From assembly GCA_964346985.1 (NCBI GenBank), contig CAYFWW010000009.1:45083-109082 (forward strand): a stretch of DNA of 64,000 nucleotides. The letters are read 5' to 3'. The notes beneath the pieces are model-generated. The model was not told where the DNA came from and did no database searches. It was given only the letters and a program-made list of their open reading frames with translations. The first letter of the stretch is position 1. Each line of letters starts with the position of its first letter. The DNA is from an uncultured Actinomycetota bacterium (GTDB lineage Bacteria; Actinomycetota; Aquicultoria; CAYFWW01). Positions 60,255-64,000 of the stretch are shown one piece after another. The translations under genes and the position numbers were made by a program.

Positions 60255-61073
60255 TTAGAATTCAGCATTTCCACTTTCAATTTCAGCAATTCTTTCATCA
60301 TATAGATCATCTATTGTGTAATCTTTATCTATACATATTTGTTGGAATAGATCGGCAACTTTTCCTGGCTTAAATGGAATTCCATGGGACGGATATATTA
60401 TTTTTAATTGATTTTTATACAGTTTCAATAGACTTTTGCAGATTAAATTTACATTTTCTGAAAAAGGAGGTTGATAAGGTCTATTATTGTAATAGGTAAC
60501 CAGATCGCCTACGAAAGCTTGGCCTTCATCTATTAAAAAACTGACAGAACCTTTGGTATGACCTGGCGTGTGAACAACAGATCCTTTTAGACCAAATTGT
60601 TCTAAACTATCTCCATCTTCAAGCATAAAGTCAGGTTGTATTCCCTCTGATTTAAAAAAATATCGGCCTATCAGCAAAAATAACTTCATAAAATAGCCCA
60701 GAAAGTTTCTGGCCTTGGGGATAGTTTTTAATCCTACCTCCAGATTAACAGCATCTTCTTTATTTATGGCAACCTTTACCCCAAACCTTTTTTTGAGTAA
60801 GGCCGCACAACCATAGTGGTCTATATGTCCATGTGTCAGGAGAATGAATTTAATCTCATCAAGATTGACGCCCTTTCCCTCAATTAGAGAGAAGAGTTTT
60901 TTTTCTTTGCGGGGAAGACCGGTATCAATTAAGACTAAACCTTTTGTTCCCCTTACCAAATAAAGAGAGATATATCTAAGTTTTAAGTGAATGATATTAT
61001 CAGGAATATCAAAAGATTCTTCAAAGCCATTTCCTATATTTTCATGACCAAATTGATCTGGATTTGAATTCAA
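60255..61073 (-). CDS. Metallo-beta-lactamase fold hydrolase
   Basis: LIDTG, THGHIDH, HTPGHT, GD, PSHG. Confidence 0.9.
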   Translation of the reverse strand: MNSNPDQFGHENIGNGFEESFDIPDNIIHLKLRYISLYLVRGTKGLVLIDTGLPRKEKKLFSLIEGKGVNLDEIKFILLTHGHIDHYGCAALLKKRFGVKVAINKEDAVNLEVGLKTIPKARNFLGYFMKLFLLIGRYFFKSEGIQPDFMLEDGDSLEQFGLKGSVVHTPGHTKGSVSFLIDEGQAFVGDLVTYYNNRPYQPPFSENVNLICKSLLKLYKNQLKIIYPSHGIPFKPGKVADLFQQICIDKDYTIDDLYDERIAEIESGNAEF

Positions 61074-61294
61074 TTTATCAATATCCGTTTAAGTATTTTT
61101 TATAAGAAAGGTAATTATATAAAAAGTGACAATAATAAATAAAAAAATATTTAGTGAAATAAAAAAGATCGAAGCCCAGACAAATTTTGTATTTAATCTT
61201 TTTTTTAATATTTCTTTAGACGGAAAATTCATATAAATATATTATAACTTCAATTTATATCATAAATAAGCTGATGATAAAATCAAGTTTAATT

Positions 61295-62002
61295 CTATTC
61301 TTTATTAATTTTAGAGATTGTCTTTTTAAGTAACTCAGATATTTCACTATTGAATTTATCAAGATTAATTTTTTTTGATAATAATTTTAATTCCTCATCA
61401 AGCCCTAATAATTCACAACCGAGAAGACAACGATATACTTGTATTTCATTCTTTTGCTCATTTTTGTTGCTTAAGAGATAATAAACATCTTTAATAAGAT
61501 TTTTTATTTTATCTATTTTTTCTTTATCTAACTGGTAATTATTATTGTAGTATTCTACAGCATATTCTTTCCTAACACCATCTATACCGAGATCAAATAA
61601 ATCAAGATTATTACCGACGCCCCAATTTTGTAAAAATTTTGAATCTGCTTTGATCGGATGCGGATTTTTTTGGTTATTTTCCTTGTCCAAGATTAATATA
61701 TCATCATTAGGTTTATTATCATTTGAATTTTCAAACTTTATTTCACTCATGCTTCCATTTAAAGCGATTTTTATTTCATCTTCGAGTTTATCAACATCAA
61801 ATAGATTAACTTCTTTTTCTGTTGCCTCAGATAGAGTTTTTCCCTTATAGATATTTCCGTTTACTTTTATTTCGAAAATTCCGTCATTACGCGAGATGAT
61901 TAAAGGTATTTCTTGTCCATCTTTACCTATATGGCTTATACCGAGTTCAATAAAGTTATCCGGGAGCCCGCTTTTATTATATCTGGATTTACTTTTTTTC
62001 AC
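61295..62002 (-). CDS. Hypothetical protein
   Basis: SD AAGGAG + GTG; 235 aa, no recognised motif. Confidence 0.65.
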   Translation of the reverse strand: MKKSKSRYNKSGLPDNFIELGISHIGKDGQEIPLIISRNDGIFEIKVNGNIYKGKTLSEATEKEVNLFDVDKLEDEIKIALNGSMSEIKFENSNDNKPNDDILILDKENNQKNPHPIKADSKFLQNWGVGNNLDLFDLGIDGVRKEYAVEYYNNNYQLDKEKIDKIKNLIKDVYYLLSNKNEQKNEIQVYRCLLGCELLGLDEELKLLSKKINLDKFNSEISELLKKTISKINKE

Positions 62003-62120
62003 TTATAACTCCTTGACGCTTTAATATTAAATATGAATATTACATATTTTATATATCGTATTTTTAAGAGAAAAGCTTAATAATAGAGGCAAAATTGGCT
62101 TTTTTTGTTATAAAATTTAT

Positions 62121-62585
62121 CTATTCAACCTCAATAGATTCTTCTACTTCTTTAACTATTAAGTTCTTTAATTTTTCTAGAAATTCTTGATTAATTTTCT
62201 TAATTTTTCTTTTAATCCAAATAATATTCATTATTCTTTTTAATGTTTTTAAATATTGATAGCTATATGTCATATAAACTCTTGTTTTTTCACCCTTTAC
62301 TTTTTTAAATTCCCACGTTATCTGGCTTTGAATATCATGCCGGTTTGCTCTGAATGAAATCATTCTTCCTTTCTTGAGCCCAACGATTTCAAGAGGCCAA
62401 AGATCCTTGTTTTTATATATCCAACCTTTTAATTCGTACCAATAGCCAAAATCAAATTCTTCATATTCACCGGTAATTTTTATTTTTCCCTTTCCGAACC
62501 AGTGGGGTATTTTTTTTGGTGAGAAGTAAGAAAAAACTACTTTCCTGGGTGCGCTAATGACAATTGTGTTAATAATATTAGTCAT
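62121..62585 (-). CDS. SRPBCC/START-like domain protein
   Basis: I.ISAPRKVVF.Y...P..IPHW, C-terminal helix LEKLKNL. Confidence 0.7.
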   Translation of the reverse strand: MTNIINTIVISAPRKVVFSYFSPKKIPHWFGKGKIKITGEYEEFDFGYWYELKGWIYKNKDLWPLEIVGLKKGRMISFRANRHDIQSQITWEFKKVKGEKTRVYMTYSYQYLKTLKRIMNIIWIKRKIKKINQEFLEKLKNLIVKEVEESIEVE

Positions 62586-62623
62586 ATTCGATCAATTAGA
62601 ATTCTATAACGCAAAAAGTCTTT

Positions 62624-63412
62624 TTATTTAAGCTTTTTAAGTTCATTAATCTTGTTTTCAGCTTCTTTTTTAGAAATGAATTTAATTAACTCCATTTTAC
62701 TTTGTTCTTTTTTTTGGAAAGAGATGACATGTTTGATAATTCCTAGCTTTTGTTTTATATAATAATCTTCAAAAGAAGGTTCTAGATTTTTATCATCTGG
62801 TGTAAAAGTGATCTTTATATGTAAGACATCTTCGTAATTTCCGGAGTTTAACTTTAAGTTTTCAAGACCAATTATTTCATATTTATTTTGTCCTTCAATT
62901 GTACCTAGATCAGGATTTTCTTCTAGTCTATCCCACCAGATTTGATTTTCATTGATAGTCTTTGGTAACAAAAGAACTGATTTGGAGCTATAGACATAAT
63001 CAAGTGATTTATCGGGAAGTTTATTTCCTATCGGGCCAATTGGGACTGCTAAAGACCTCTCGATACCTTGGTTTGTTGTTTTGTATAGAAGGATATCCTG
63101 GTCTCCTTTGTTTGGTCCGTTTAAAAAACCAAGGTGTTCAAGCATTATATTCTCTTTCTTATATTTTGTTATTTCCCGGGTGACAATAAATTGATATTTC
63201 TGCGCTTTTTCAGTCTCGTCTTGAGATGACTCAACCTCATATAATGCAACTTTATCTGAGTTTGGATAAAAAATATCTTCTAACGATACTTTCCAATTTA
63301 TTTTTACCATTTTCTTTTCCTTATCTTCTTCAGTTGATTTCTGATTACAACCAATTGAAAAAACTAAGATAAAAGATATTAATACTAAAAAACAAATTTT
63401 ATTGAAAAAAAT
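62624..63412 (-). CDS. Putative lipoprotein; N-terminus extends upstream of the track ATG
   Basis: In-frame upstream IFFNKICFLVLISFILVFSIG-C lipobox; only ATT/ATC/ATA available after the in-frame stop; body has Y..LGIIK beta-rich motif. Confidence 0.7.
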   Translation of the reverse strand: MFFNKICFLVLISFILVFSIGCNQKSTEEDKEKKMVKINWKVSLEDIFYPNSDKVALYEVESSQDETEKAQKYQFIVTREITKYKKENIMLEHLGFLNGPNKGDQDILLYKTTNQGIERSLAVPIGPIGNKLPDKSLDYVYSSKSVLLLPKTINENQIWWDRLEENPDLGTIEGQNKYEIIGLENLKLNSGNYEDVLHIKITFTPDDKNLEPSFEDYYIKQKLGIIKHVISFQKKEQSKMELIKFISKKEAENKINELKKLK

Positions 63413-63475
63413 CTTGATCGCTTCCTTCCGATTTATAGATTAATCAATTATAACAGGATTTTTCCTGCCTTTATA

Positions 63476-64000
63476 TTAATTTTTTAAAATATTAATTCCA
63501 ATTTTTTTGAGCCGGTTGGACAGTTTTCTTGGGACGGCGGCTTCAATAACTGTACCTGAGTTATCATGTTTACTGGAAAAGACCATTCCATTTTTATAAA
63601 TTTCCTGGACAAGTTGGCCTTTTGAAAAAGGAATACTAGCTGTTATCATGACCAATCCTTTTGTTGAAAATTCAGTAATAAAGTTTATAAGTTTTTCAAT
63701 ACCGATATTTTTTTTTGCAGAAATGAATAAAGCATCTGGCTCAAGCTTTTTATAGCGATCTAAGATTGATTTATCTAATTTATCAATCTTGTTATATATT
63801 CTTTTTACATTTTTCAAATCAACATCAATTTCATTTAAAACGTTTTCGACAGCTTTTATTTGCCTTTCCTTATGTTCCTGGCTGGAATCTATGATATGTA
63901 GTATTAACTGAGCACAACGAACTTCATCAAGAGTTGACCTGAAAGAAGCAATTAACTGGTAAGGCAATCTTTGGATAAATCCTACAGTATCAGAGATTAC
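63476..64000 (-). CDS. hflX: GTPase HflX, C-terminal part (5' truncated by window)
   Basis: SDTVGFIQRLPYQLIASFRSTLDE, NKID, ISAK. Confidence 0.93.
   Translation of the reverse strand, partial: VISDTVGFIQRLPYQLIASFRSTLDEVRCAQLILHIIDSSQEHKERQIKAVENVLNEIDVDLKNVKRIYNKIDKLDKSILDRYKKLEPDALFISAKKNIGIEKLINFITEFSTKGLVMITASIPFSKGQLVQEIYKNGMVFSSKHDNSGTVIEAAVPRKLSNRLKKIGINILKN

Noticed and set aside
1..64000. CRISPR arrays, IS elements, prophage or defence genes, Sec-recoded UGA
   Set aside because: No regularly spaced repeats, transposase/integrase/phage motifs or convincing in-frame UGA in redox motifs were seen

Overview
AT-rich (roughly 30% GC by eye) bacterial chromosome segment made up almost entirely of core genes. 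It most likely comes from a deep-branching, anaerobic Actinomycetota lineage: it shows the pgsA2-DUF881-sbp-DUF881 and FHA(GarA)-MerR(FtsR) synteny, a single-motif RsiG homolog and Gram-positive GAAC-N4-GTTC SOS boxes. It runs from the 3' end of rnj through uppP, ftsK, mnmH, rodZ, yajQ, rimO, pgsA, cinA, thpR, recA, recX, rny, galT and tRNA-Pro(GGG). It continues through sugar-nucleotide, NAD-salvage and signalling genes and an iorAB-liv-paaK aryl-acid cluster. A clear dif site (54043-54070) marks the point where gene orientation flips. Beyond it lie a class III RNR operon with tandem NrdR boxes, yneA/lexA and the 3' part of hflX. I saw no mobile elements or CRISPR arrays. Most notable: (1) two tandem, promoter-bearing hairpin sRNA candidates between galT and tRNA-Pro, one displaying a 16S anti-Shine-Dalgarno mimic, plus a similar structured element with a short ORF next to dif; (2) repeated apparent use of non-canonical start codons (ATC, ATT, ATA, CTG), including an unannotated sbp gene; (3) a full-length but catalytically degenerate archaeal-type PEP carboxylase directly behind a diguanylate cyclase, near a single-motif c-di-GMP anti-sigma (RsiG) gene. 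All calls come from reading the sequence; no searches were run.
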